A DNA stretch of 64,000 bases from assembly GCA_963662465.1 (NCBI GenBank), contig OY759599.1, positions 6,944,001 to 7,008,000 of the forward strand. The letters are read 5' to 3'. This document shows positions 19,953-30,495 of the stretch, one piece after another. The translations under genes were made by a program, and so were the position numbers. This DNA comes from Desulfatiglandales bacterium. Its GTDB lineage: Bacteria > Desulfobacterota > DSM-4660 > Desulfatiglandales > Desulfatiglandaceae. Positions within the stretch are counted from its first letter, which is position 1; the number at the start of each line of letters is the position of its first letter. Below the pieces are notes generated by a model. That model ran no database searches and had not been told where the DNA came from. It saw only the letters and a program-made list of their open reading frames with translations.

Positions 19953-20038
19953 GATGTTCGCCAAAGGGCCGGTTTTGAGGTCTGAATATCACCGGTCTGT
20001 TTGAATCTCGTTACACGAATATCAGAAATTACCTTGTC

Positions 20039-20248
20039 TTGGAGCTTGAAATGAGAGGTGGAAAACGGGTAGGCGCCGGCCGAAGAAAGAAACCGGAACA
20101 TTTGAGACGTGAACTGCTCACCATTCGTCTCCCCAAATGGATGATTCTACAGCTGAAAAAAAACGGGGAAATTGGATATTTGATTGAGGATCAATTGGCG
20201 AAGGGAGGCCTCCTGAATTTACCGGACGACTATGACATAGACAAATAG
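20039..20248 (+). CDS. Small putative DNA-binding protein (RHH-like)
   Basis: RGGKRVGAGRRKK then LLTIRLPKW; lies inside the IS21 element. Confidence 0.55.
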   Translation: MELEMRGGKRVGAGRRKKPEHLRRELLTIRLPKWMILQLKKNGEIGYLIEDQLAKGGLLNLPDDYDIDK

Positions 20249-20508
20249 TTCCTCAATAAGCATTGCCCTTAACCGAAAAATCTAATCCCCTCTTCTCTGC
20301 CATCACCATATTGATGGTATCCTCATCACTGATTCTTCAACCAGAACGCTACGTGTCTCACCAGCATTTTTAAAATACCATCTGATATACTCTTTCATGC
20401 AACCTCTAACAAATTTACAAGAAAACCCTTCTAAAAGGAAAAGACCAGTGCGCAATATCTGGTTCCGTTTGGAGTAGCAAAACTGGTTCCATTTTGGTTA
20501 GCGCCCAA

Positions 20509-21048
20509 GCCAAAAACAACCAGCCCACATTACTTCAAGACATTTCCCTGTATTTTGAGGGCTGCAACGATCCTGATTTCATACAACACGATGCTCCCGA
20601 TCATGGTCGCATCGAAGTGCGCAAAATATGGACGACTACCGAACTTAACCTATACCTGGATTTCCCGTATGTCGGCCAGGCTTTTATGATCCAGAGAGAA
20701 GTTACAAACAAGAAAACCGGTAAATGCACAGTTGAGGTTGCTTACGGCATAACGAGTCAATCACCTGATCAGGCGAATCCCGAACGTGTACTTTCTATCA
20801 ATCGCGGTCACTGGACCATTGAAAACGAGTGCCATTACATCATCGACTGGAACTACGACGAAGATCGAAGCCGAATAAGAACCGGCAATGGTCCTGAAAA
20901 CATGACCAGGCTGCGTAGATTCGCGGTGGGCGTCATTAAGGCGAAAGGCGTTCGCAGTGTAGCCCAGAAAATGCGCCAGCTCACGCAGAACGTAAGGGGT
21001 GTCTTCGACTATCTCAAGATGACCAAAAATTCAGTGCCCCAAGCGTGA
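20509..21048 (+). pseudogene. ISAs1 transposase, C-terminal part
   Basis: AKNNQPTL, HGRIEVR, YGITS, RGHWTIEN..HY..D...DEDRSR. Confidence 0.9.
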
Positions 21049-21227
21049 TACCTGTTAGAACAAATTTACCGTGTGATGAGACGTGAAAGGAATCGTGAAG
21101 CGGGGAATCTTGGTTTTTAAGCCCATAAGGGTTGCAATGATTTGCCGATTTATGAGATACTGCCCAATTATGGCATTGAAGATGACTTCGTGCTCCTTCA
21201 AAAATATCACTCAGCAAGGACTATGGA

Positions 21228-22511
21228 ATGACACAGCTAAAGGATGCAAGGTCCGGCATTATAACGCCGGAAATGGAAAAGGTCGCTGAATATGAACAGG
21301 TGAATGTGGATTGGCTTCAGGAGAAGATGGCTTTGGGAAGGGTCGTCATTCCCGCCAACAGACGGCATCAACGTCTGGTTCCCTGCGGTATCGGCGAGGG
21401 ATTGTTTGTGAAAGTCAATTCCAATATTGGAACTTCCTCGGACAGGTCCATTCTTGAAGAGGAACTGGAAAAACTTCGGGTGTCCATTGAAGCCGGCGCC
21501 GATACGGTGATGGATCTTTCCACGGGCAAGGACATTAATGAGTCCAGGAACCGTATTTTAGCGCAATCCACAGTCGCTATCGGTACGGTTCCCATCTATC
21601 AGGCTATTGTTGAGACGGTGGAGGAAAAAGGCGCTCTCGTTAAGCTCGATCGCGACAAACTTTTTGAAGTCATTGAAAAACAGGCGCAAGACGGCGTGGA
21701 TTTCATCACGGTTCATTGCGGATTGACCCTGGCAGCCCTTGATATGTTGAAAAAGCAGGGACGCATCACCAATATTGTCAGTCGGGGCGGGGCTTTTCTG
21801 ACCACATGGATGTTGCACCATGGAAAGGAAAACCCCCTTTACGAGGCGTACGACCGGCTCCTGGAAATCGCGAAAAAGTATGATGTGACCCTGAGCCTTG
21901 GGGACGGGCTGCGGCCGGGGTGTTTGGCTGATGCAACGGACAGAGCCCAGATCCATGAACTGATGACCCTTGGGGATTTGACCCGGCGGGCCTGGGAACA
22001 GGATGTTCAGGTGATGATCGAAGGTCCGGGTCACGTGCCCCTGGATCAGATTGAAACCAATATTATCCTTCAAAAGAAGATGTGCAATCATGCGCCCTTT
22101 TATGTTCTGGGACCCCTGGTGACGGATATCGCGGCGGGTTACGATCATGTGGCCTGCGCCATTGGCGGCGCCTTGGCCGGTGCGGCGGGGGCCGATTATC
22201 TCTGTTATGTGACGCCCGCGGAACATCTCTGCCTGCCGAGCGTTTCGGATGTGCGTGAAGGCGTGGTTGTGACCAAAATTGCCGCCCATGCGGCGGACAT
22301 TGCAAAAGGGAACAAACAGGCCATCGAACGGGACCGGCAAATGGCCGTGGCCAGGAGAAACCTGGATTGGGAAACCCAGATGAAACTGGCTATTGACCCG
22401 CAAAAAGCCAGGCGCTATCGCGAAAAAAATCCGCCTGAGGAGGATGATGTGTGTACCATGTGCGGAAAATTTTGCGCCATCAAGCAGGTGAGAGACTATT
22501 TTAAAGATTAA
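21228..22511 (+). CDS. thiC: Phosphomethylpyrimidine synthase (ThiC/Bza family)
   Basis: KVNSNIGTS, MDLST, GDGLRPG, EGPGHVP, CTMCGKFC. Confidence 0.88.
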   Translation: MTQLKDARSGIITPEMEKVAEYEQVNVDWLQEKMALGRVVIPANRRHQRLVPCGIGEGLFVKVNSNIGTSSDRSILEEELEKLRVSIEAGADTVMDLSTGKDINESRNRILAQSTVAIGTVPIYQAIVETVEEKGALVKLDRDKLFEVIEKQAQDGVDFITVHCGLTLAALDMLKKQGRITNIVSRGGAFLTTWMLHHGKENPLYEAYDRLLEIAKKYDVTLSLGDGLRPGCLADATDRAQIHELMTLGDLTRRAWEQDVQVMIEGPGHVPLDQIETNIILQKKMCNHAPFYVLGPLVTDIAAGYDHVACAIGGALAGAAGADYLCYVTPAEHLCLPSVSDVREGVVVTKIAAHAADIAKGNKQAIERDRQMAVARRNLDWETQMKLAIDPQKARRYREKNPPEEDDVCTMCGKFCAIKQVRDYFKD

Positions 22512-22522
22512 CCCTCACCCTG

Positions 22523-23917
22523 TTATTTTCCAAGACAGAATTGGTTGAAAATACTGTCCAGCACCGCATCATCGGTGGTTTGGCCCGTGATTTCTCCTAA
22601 ACGCTCAAGTCCGCTTCTGAGTTCAAAGGCCACGATCTCCATGGGCGCCCTTGTTTGAGCGTTGACGGCCGCGCTCTTGAAGCATTCTCTTGCCGCCTCC
22701 AAGGCTTCCCGATGTCTCAAGTTCGGGATCGCATGAGAGGTTGCGTCAAGAGCGCTGTCCTCAAGGATGCAATCCCTTATGGCTTTTTTCAGGGGTTCAA
22801 TGCCCTCACCCGTAAGGGCCGAGATTGGGACGGTCTGGAAGCGGTTCAGTAAATCAGTGTTTTCTGAGCCTTCTGAGGCCCGCGGTAAATCAATTTTATT
22901 GATCGCCACCAGGGATTTCTTGTTTCCGCTTTGCGTCAGAAGGCTCAGGTCGTCCGAGTTCAGGGGGCGACTCCGGTCGATGACGATCAACAGAAGATCG
23001 GCTTCGGCGGCTTTTTGCCGGGTGAGATGAACACCCAGTTTTTCCACCTCGTCTTTGGCTTCCCTGAGGCCGGCGGTATCCATAATCCGGAGGGGAATGC
23101 CGGAAATGTTGAGGGTGGATTCAATGACGTCCCGCGTCGTTCCCGGTATGTCCGTTACAATGGCCCTCGGTTCATCCAGAAGGCGGTTTAATAGACTTGA
23201 TTTCCCTGCGTTGACACGGCCCACGATGACGGTGTTGATGCCGTCAACCCATATGCGGCCCGCGTGGGATTTGATCAGGACCGTGATGGGTTGAAGCAGA
23301 TCCTCCTTTATGGCCTTTGCCCCTTCGTTCCTGAAAATGTGTTCGATGTCGTCTTCGGGAAAATCGATGGCGGCTTCCGCGTGGGCAAGAATGTGAATGG
23401 CTTTTTCCCGCAAGGCCTCGGTATCTCTTTTGATGGACCCCTGGATTTGTTGTGCGGCCAGAACCAACCCCCGTTCGGATCGTGCATTCATAAGATCCAC
23501 GACGGCCTCTGCCTGTGTTAAGTCAATCCTGCCGTTTAGAAACGCACGTTGGGTGAATTCTCCCGGCCTGGCCATTCGGGCGCCCAGGCGCATGAGAATT
23601 TCCAGTATTTTGGCCAGCAAAGCATATCCGCTGTGTGAGTTGATTTCGACAACGTCTTCGCGGGTATAGCTGTTGGGCGCCGCCATAAAGGACAGCAGCA
23701 CTTCGTCGATAATGTTTCCCGAGGCGGGATCGCAAATATATCCCATGTACAGGCGATGACTTTTGAAAAGAGGCTGGGTCGTTTTAGGTTTGAAAAGGAT
23801 TTTGGCGATTTCAAGGGCGCCGGGACCGCTGATCCGGATGATCCCGATCCCTGCCTGGCCAATGGGGGTTGCGATGGCCGCGATGGTATCTTCTGATGAT
23901 GGCATGAGCCTAACCAA
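22523..23917 (-). CDS. mnmE: tRNA modification GTPase
   Basis: DTIAAIATP, GEFTQRAFLNGR, NAGKSS, PGTTRD, terminal FCLGK. Confidence 0.96.
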   Translation of the reverse strand: MVRLMPSSEDTIAAIATPIGQAGIGIIRISGPGALEIAKILFKPKTTQPLFKSHRLYMGYICDPASGNIIDEVLLSFMAAPNSYTREDVVEINSHSGYALLAKILEILMRLGARMARPGEFTQRAFLNGRIDLTQAEAVVDLMNARSERGLVLAAQQIQGSIKRDTEALREKAIHILAHAEAAIDFPEDDIEHIFRNEGAKAIKEDLLQPITVLIKSHAGRIWVDGINTVIVGRVNAGKSSLLNRLLDEPRAIVTDIPGTTRDVIESTLNISGIPLRIMDTAGLREAKDEVEKLGVHLTRQKAAEADLLLIVIDRSRPLNSDDLSLLTQSGNKKSLVAINKIDLPRASEGSENTDLLNRFQTVPISALTGEGIEPLKKAIRDCILEDSALDATSHAIPNLRHREALEAARECFKSAAVNAQTRAPMEIVAFELRSGLERLGEITGQTTDDAVLDSIFNQFCLGK

Positions 23918-23919
23918 AG

Positions 23920-23970
23920 TTCGTTTCCGTCCCGTTCCCAGGCAACGCCTGGGAACGGGACGGAAACGAA
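23920..23970. repeat. Perfect 24-bp hairpin with a REP-like core
   Basis: ttcgtttccgtcccgttcccaggc-aac-gcctgggaacgggacggaaacgaa. Confidence 0.9.
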
Positions 23971-23981
23971 AACCCTAGAAT

Positions 23982-24815
23982 CTACTGGGCCCGAGAGGCC
24001 CTTGAAGCGCCGTATCTTTTTGGAATAATCACCACTTTTTTCAGAATGCCTTCTCCCTTTCCTTTGGTGCCGAGATCTTCGTCGTTTCTGAGTGCCAGAT
24101 GAACGATCCTTCTATCGTGGGGATTGAGGAGGTTCGTGGTGACCGGCCTTTTGATTTTTTTTGCCTTATCCCCCATCTTCAATGCCATCTGGACCAGAAA
24201 CTCCTGCCGTCTCAGCCGGTAGTTCTCGGAGTCTATGATAACACGGGTCCTCTTTTCCAAAGACTTGTTGACGATTTTATTGACGATAAACTGAAGCGCA
24301 TCCAGGGTTTTACCTTTGCGTCCGATCAAAAGCCCCGTTTTATCCCCTTCTATATTGAGATTTACGGAGCCGTCTTTCAGGCTGGCCGCGACGGCGATCC
24401 CCTCCATGGGGATTAAGGCCAGAATGTTTTCCAGTGCTTCTTTCGCAATGGCAATTTCACCTTCCCGAGCATCTTCAGGGGGTGTTTCCTGGTCAGTTGT
24501 TGACGGCTTGTTTTCCGGAGGGGCGGGTATTTCGGCGGCCTCTTCTTCCGGGGCCGCGGCTGCTTCAATAACCTCTTCTTCCGGGGCGGCAGGCACTTCT
24601 GCCGCTTCATCCTCCCGCATTTCAATCGGGTCGGGTTCTTTCCGCTTTATCGTGACTTTGATTTTAGCTTTTCGGCCTCCGACCAGGCCGAAAATGCCGG
24701 ATGAGCCTGGTTCAATGATGACGATGTCCATCTGATTTCTGGTTAGACCCAGTTTGCGGCACGCTTTTTCAATGGCATCTTGATCGTTTTTTCCTTCAAA
24801 TTCGTAGGTTTCCAT
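23982..24815 (-). CDS. jag: RNA-binding protein Jag/KhpB
   Basis: Jag_N, KH LIGRKGKTLDALQ, R3H RRIVH. Confidence 0.93.
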   Translation of the reverse strand: METYEFEGKNDQDAIEKACRKLGLTRNQMDIVIIEPGSSGIFGLVGGRKAKIKVTIKRKEPDPIEMREDEAAEVPAAPEEEVIEAAAAPEEEAAEIPAPPENKPSTTDQETPPEDAREGEIAIAKEALENILALIPMEGIAVAASLKDGSVNLNIEGDKTGLLIGRKGKTLDALQFIVNKIVNKSLEKRTRVIIDSENYRLRRQEFLVQMALKMGDKAKKIKRPVTTNLLNPHDRRIVHLALRNDEDLGTKGKGEGILKKVVIIPKRYGASRASRAQ

Positions 24816-24831
24816 GAGTGTCCTCCATATA

Positions 24832-26484
24832 TTACGCCGGTTTTTTGTAAATTCGGTACTGCTGTCCTATGGAAAGGAGGTTGTTGACCAACCAGTAAAG
24901 AACGAGGCCGGAAGGGAAATTTATAAACATAAAAGTGAAAATGACGGGTAAAAACATCATGATTTTCGCTTGCGCGGGATCTCCCGGGGCAGGGGTCATT
25001 TTCTGCTGGATGAACATGGAACCGCCCATCAAAAGGGTTAGTACCGGTATCCCGTAAGGCGGGGTCATAAACGGAATATCAAATGAGAAATGAAATAATC
25101 GATCGGGCGCCGAGAGGTCGTTAATCCATAGCATGAAGGGCGCATGCCGCAGTTCGATGCAGGCCCCCAGAACCCTGAACAAGGCAAAAAACACCGGAAT
25201 TTGAACCACCATGGGCAAACACCCTCCCATGGGATTCACCTTGTAGGTTTTATACAGACCCATCATTTCCTGGTTTAATTTTTGCTTGTCGCCTTTATAT
25301 TTTTCCCTGAGCTTGGCCATCCGGGGCTGAAGTTTTTGCATCTCCTTCATGGACTTATAGCTTTTGTGGGTGAGGGGCCAGAAAAGAATCTTGACGAGGA
25401 TGGTCAAAAGGATAATGGATACGCCATAGTTATGAAGGTATTGATCGAAAAAACGCAGAATATAGAGCAGGGGCTTGGCGATAATGTCCGTCCATCCAAA
25501 ATTAATGGCGCGATCAAGGTTTTTCCCGAATTTTTGGAGGGTTCCCAGCTCGCGGGGACCCAGGTAAAGTTGATACTGGTTTGTGGCCTGGCCTGATGGT
25601 TGTAAAGAAACGGGGGTCGGTAAAAATACCCCTTCCAACACCCCTGATGAGAGACGTTTTCCCGTAAAGGCGCCCTTGGCGGGAATGTCGGGAACAACGG
25701 CTGAAATGAAGTAGTTGTCTTCATAGGCGACCCAACCGATATTTCCTCTGGCCGATTCTTCTTCACCCGGATCTTCCACTTTTATTTCGTCCAGTTTGTC
25801 ATCCAGGAGCAGGGCAAACCCCACATAGGCATAATAACTTCCCTTTTCGTTGGGGGGAATGGTTCTCAATGTCGTCCTGAAAACGCCGTTTACCGGCGCT
25901 GTGGTTGGATTGATTGCCGTTATCGCAAGATCAATGCCATACCGATCGGGAAAAAAGCGGTAGGTCTGGGTAATGTCAATCCCGTTTTGACCGATCCCGT
26001 GAAAAGCAATTGTTGCGGGCTCTGATCCCGGCTGGAGCGTCAGGGAATCTTTGTCCACTTCAAAAACCATGTTGCTTCCACCGGCATTATCGTCAAATTG
26101 GACGGTCAGGTAGTCGCCCATTCCTTCTTCCAGGGTGACCAGTTCAACAAAAGGCGAGTCGGGATTGGTCGTTTGACGATATTTTTTCAGTTTGAAGCTC
26201 TTTATGGTGGGGCCGACATTGCTGAAGACGGCTTTATAGAACGGTGTGTTGATTTCAATCTGTTTTTCTTCCATGTGAACGCCGGGCAGTTGTGTTGTGC
26301 TTCCGGGCGATGGTGGAACAATGATGCTTGCTGGGCTATTTTCACCGTTGGGCATTGACTGTGTGTTTACAGGGGCAATATCCTTTTGTAGCGGTGTCTG
26401 TTTCGGATTGGGTGAGAAAAAAAGAGACCATCCCACAAGAACGACAAACGATAAGGCAAAGGCCAGTATTGTTTTTTTATCCAT
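24832..26484 (-). CDS. yidC: Membrane protein insertase
   Basis: NPMGGCLP, WINDLSAPD, GLVLYW. Confidence 0.96.
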   Translation of the reverse strand: MDKKTILAFALSFVVLVGWSLFFSPNPKQTPLQKDIAPVNTQSMPNGENSPASIIVPPSPGSTTQLPGVHMEEKQIEINTPFYKAVFSNVGPTIKSFKLKKYRQTTNPDSPFVELVTLEEGMGDYLTVQFDDNAGGSNMVFEVDKDSLTLQPGSEPATIAFHGIGQNGIDITQTYRFFPDRYGIDLAITAINPTTAPVNGVFRTTLRTIPPNEKGSYYAYVGFALLLDDKLDEIKVEDPGEEESARGNIGWVAYEDNYFISAVVPDIPAKGAFTGKRLSSGVLEGVFLPTPVSLQPSGQATNQYQLYLGPRELGTLQKFGKNLDRAINFGWTDIIAKPLLYILRFFDQYLHNYGVSIILLTILVKILFWPLTHKSYKSMKEMQKLQPRMAKLREKYKGDKQKLNQEMMGLYKTYKVNPMGGCLPMVVQIPVFFALFRVLGACIELRHAPFMLWINDLSAPDRLFHFSFDIPFMTPPYGIPVLTLLMGGSMFIQQKMTPAPGDPAQAKIMMFLPVIFTFMFINFPSGLVLYWLVNNLLSIGQQYRIYKKPA

Positions 26485-26599
26485 AATTTGGGCTACTCAG
26501 TCCTATTGATTTTATTTGGAAAACCATCACATCGCCACGTTTCAATGCCAGGCGAAGACGCGAAGGTTGTCACGTGTCTTTCGAGTGAGGTCGGATTCC

Positions 26600-26848
26600 T
26601 CATGTCAGAGGGTCATATCCGCCGGGGTGAAACGGATGACATTTTAAAATCCTCATAAGGGCCAGCCAGGCGCCTTTTAGGATTCCATACTTTTGAAAGG
26701 CATGGCGAGCATAGGTAGAGCATGTAGGGTAAAAACGACAGGAAGGCAACCAAAAAGGCGAAATACACTGCTGATACACAACTATCAAGGAGATAGGGAT
26801 ATATCTACATTTATACATGAAACTTTTTTTAGACAACGATCTGTTCAA
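26600..26848 (-). CDS. yidD: Membrane protein insertion efficiency factor
   Basis: [21 protein letters not shown]. Confidence 0.93.
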   Translation of the reverse strand: MNRSLSKKSFMYKCRYIPISLIVVYQQCISPFWLPSCRFYPTCSTYARHAFQKYGILKGAWLALMRILKCHPFHPGGYDPLT

Positions 26849-27197
26849 GTTCTTTTTCGGCTTTTCGGAGGTTTAGATAGTCGGCGCCCTTTTTTGCAAT
26901 GACGACGATGTCGTATCCCTGGGGAAGGCGTGCTTTATTGAGCCTGAAAAATTCCCTGATCAATCTCTTGGCTCTATTCCTTTTGACGGCATTGCCCACC
27001 TTTTTGCTGGCTGTTACCCCAAGTCTGGTTGTTCCTAGCTCGTTCTTTCCGGAAATGGCAATAAAATGCCTCATGTGGCAACGCTTTCCCGAACGATTTG
27101 CATTGACAAAATCCGCACGGCGCAATAGCCTCTCACTTTTTGGGAAAGAAAATGCCCCCTGCAAGCTTGGGGAAAACCGTTTCGGTTTGAAGGGCAT
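26829..27197 (-). CDS. rnpA: Ribonuclease P protein component
   Basis: [21 protein letters not shown]. Confidence 0.95.
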   Translation of the reverse strand: MPFKPKRFSPSLQGAFSFPKSERLLRRADFVNANRSGKRCHMRHFIAISGKNELGTTRLGVTASKKVGNAVKRNRAKRLIREFFRLNKARLPQGYDIVVIAKKGADYLNLRKAEKELEQIVV

Positions 27198-27332
27198 TTA
27201 TACGGTCAGTCTTTTTCGTCCTTTGGCTCTTCGCCTTTTCAGAACGTTTATTCCGGCCCGTGTTTGCATCCTTGCCCTGAAACCGTGGGTTCGTGCTCTC
27301 TTTATCCTGCTGGGTTGATAAGTCATTTTCAT
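27198..27332 (-). CDS. rpmH: 50S ribosomal protein L34 (absent from ORF track)
   Basis: Manual translation [44 protein letters not shown]. Confidence 0.96.
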   Translation of the reverse strand: MKMTYQPSRIKRARTHGFRARMQTRAGINVLKRRRAKGRKRLTV

Positions 27333-27594
27333 AATTCAATAGAACCCCTTCGCTGAAATTTTGTTTAAACAATAATATAAACACATGCATTTATGCTTGT
27401 CAAGCTACAATTCCCACCCGTAATTAAAATTCTGAAAATCATCCGAGTTTATTCGAACGTTCAACTAGGGGAGTGAGCGTATGATATCGTTTTTAACGCA
27501 TTCTGGCGATTACGGTTTTTTCACATTTTTAATTGATAATTTTCGCTGCATCCTATATCTACTTGGGTGAGCGTGAATCGCTCATTGCCCATGA

Positions 27595-28725
<1,131 letters not shown>

Positions 28726-28861
28726 AATCTTTTTCATGATTCCCTTTGCCCTTCGATTGCCGTATGCCGAGTCATGGTGTTTGGCTTCCGTATCGATAAA
28801 TAAAACATTCGTATATCTGAAATCGTCCTTTGACGGGTGTGGGTCATGGAGGGGGTAGTCA

Positions 28862-29731
28862 TTGCAGCGTGAAAGACGTTTCCCAAAAATATGGATCTGG
28901 TTGGCCTTTATTTGTTTTGCGCTGATTTTGCTGTCCTCGAATTCCAATCCGAGGAGCAGCTGGAATAGCGCTGAACAATTGGTGGTAGAAGGCGCAACGC
29001 CCCTTCAGAATGTTTTCAAGCAAACCGTGAACCTGGTGGTAAACCTTTGGGAGGATTATTTTTATCTGGTCGATGTTCACCAGGAAAACAGGCGTTTGAA
29101 GTTGGAATTGGACTCCCTCAGACGGGAAAATGGGTTGTACAGGGAACTGGTTGCCACCCATGAGCGCCTTCGCAATCTTCTGCGGTTTAAGGAAGCCGTC
29201 AGCCGGCCGGCGGTTGCCGCCCAGGTTGTGGCTTTGGATCCCACGGGCTGGTTTCAGTCTGTTGTGATCGACAAGGGAACGAACGCCGGCATAGAACCGG
29301 ATATGCCCGTGGTCAATGCTTCCGGCGTTGTGGGTCGAATCGTTTCCGTTTCTCCGAACTATGCTAAAGTGCTGCTGGTGATTGATCAGAACAGCGCCGT
29401 CGACTGCCTTGTGCAACGATCTCGCGATCGGGGAATGGTCAGGGGGCAGTCAGCCCAGATTTGCAGCTTGGACTATATGGTTAAGTCCGGCAGTGTGAAG
29501 GAAGGGGATATGGTGATCACGTCCGGACTGGGGGGGGCTTTTCCAAAAGGCCTTCCCGTGGGAACGATTTTGAATGTAAAAGAAGGGGATGGGGCCCTTT
29601 TCAAGGAGATAGCGGTGACGCCCGCCGTGGATTTTTCCAAGCTGGAAGAGGTCCTGGTTATTCCGCGGGCGAATAGCGGAGAACCCGAAATAGACGCGTT
29701 TGAACCGGACGGGGCGAGGGAGCATTTTTAA
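28862..29731 (+). CDS. mreC: Rod shape-determining protein MreC
   Basis: TM plus coiled coil, TSGLGG.FPKGLPVG. Confidence 0.93.
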   Translation: MQRERRFPKIWIWLAFICFALILLSSNSNPRSSWNSAEQLVVEGATPLQNVFKQTVNLVVNLWEDYFYLVDVHQENRRLKLELDSLRRENGLYRELVATHERLRNLLRFKEAVSRPAVAAQVVALDPTGWFQSVVIDKGTNAGIEPDMPVVNASGVVGRIVSVSPNYAKVLLVIDQNSAVDCLVQRSRDRGMVRGQSAQICSLDYMVKSGSVKEGDMVITSGLGGAFPKGLPVGTILNVKEGDGALFKEIAVTPAVDFSKLEEVLVIPRANSGEPEIDAFEPDGAREHF

Positions 29732-29819
29732 AACCGAATATCGAATATCGAACAAGGAATGTCCGATTATGAAGTTTTCATTCGACATTCATCATTCCTT
29801 GTCTGACATTCTGCGGTTC
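29732..29819. repeat. Heptamer-based imperfect inverted-repeat element
   Basis: aaccgaatatcgaatatcgaacaaggaat ... attccttgtctgacattctgcggtt. Confidence 0.7.
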
Positions 29820-29937
29820 AAAAAACAGTCCATAAATACAAAGTGTTACATTTGAGGAAAGCGCCGTCAAAGCTTCAGGAACCAGGCCGATAGGCTTTTA
29901 CATATGTGCATGGCTGGGCGGGGGCGTCGTAACGCTC

Positions 29938-30408
29938 TTGACGGGCATATGGGGCGATCCCTGGGGTTTAGATTTACTAGACCTGGATTTTCTGACGATT
30001 TTGACCGGCTATCTTTTTTTAACATTCGGTCAGATTCCCGCGGGTATTTTTGTTCTGGGTCAGGGGTTTCTGATTGATGTTTTTTCAGGAGGACTGCACG
30101 GCCTGTTTACCGCTTCCTATCTGAGTGTATTTTTTGTGTTTCTTTTGGGATCTCGGTTCTTTAATCTTTTAAACCCGAAGGGGCAGATCATTATTGTTTC
30201 GCTGTCGGTTTTAATTAAAAATGCCATGCTGTTAATTCTGCTTCGCATTTTTTCCCAAGATGTCGTTTATTCAAAAACACTTCTGTTGGTTTCCCTTGTC
30301 TCCATATGCGGCACCGGGTTGGTTGCACCACTTTTTTTTCAATTGTTCAACCATTTGCGAGGAATTCCTCCCAGAATTGTTGGCGGCCCTTCTCCGGAAA
30401 AGCCTTAG
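29938..30408 (+). CDS. mreD: Rod shape-determining protein MreD (start uncertain)
   Basis: Hydrophobic, GFLIDVFSG; located between mreC and mrdA. Confidence 0.8.
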   Translation: MTGIWGDPWGLDLLDLDFLTILTGYLFLTFGQIPAGIFVLGQGFLIDVFSGGLHGLFTASYLSVFFVFLLGSRFFNLLNPKGQIIIVSLSVLIKNAMLLILLRIFSQDVVYSKTLLLVSLVSICGTGLVAPLFFQLFNHLRGIPPRIVGGPSPEKP

Positions 30409-30495
30409 GAAAATGACGTCTCCGATAAAAAATAAGTCCACCATTTGCCGACCATTTTGAAACAACGGATAGAAACGCAAGGGTGAAAAAGAGCT

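Larger units (their letters stand above)
15786..20508 (+). mobile_element. IS21-family element with cargo genes (4723 bp)
   Basis: 9-bp direct repeat gccaaaaac at 15777-15785 and 20509-20517; about 50-bp imperfect IRs with internal GAACCA repeats; istA and istB. Confidence 0.9.
14421..21073 (+). mobile_element. ISAs1-family element with a DUF4338 domain, interrupted by an IS21-type element
   Basis: Imperfect IRs cagggtgaatttattct / agaacaaatttaccgtg; direct repeat tgatgagacg at 14410-14419 and 21074-21083. Confidence 0.85.

Noticed and set aside
21074..21227. TPP riboswitch upstream of thiC
   Set aside because: Conserved CTGAGA and ACCTGA elements were not found in the leader.
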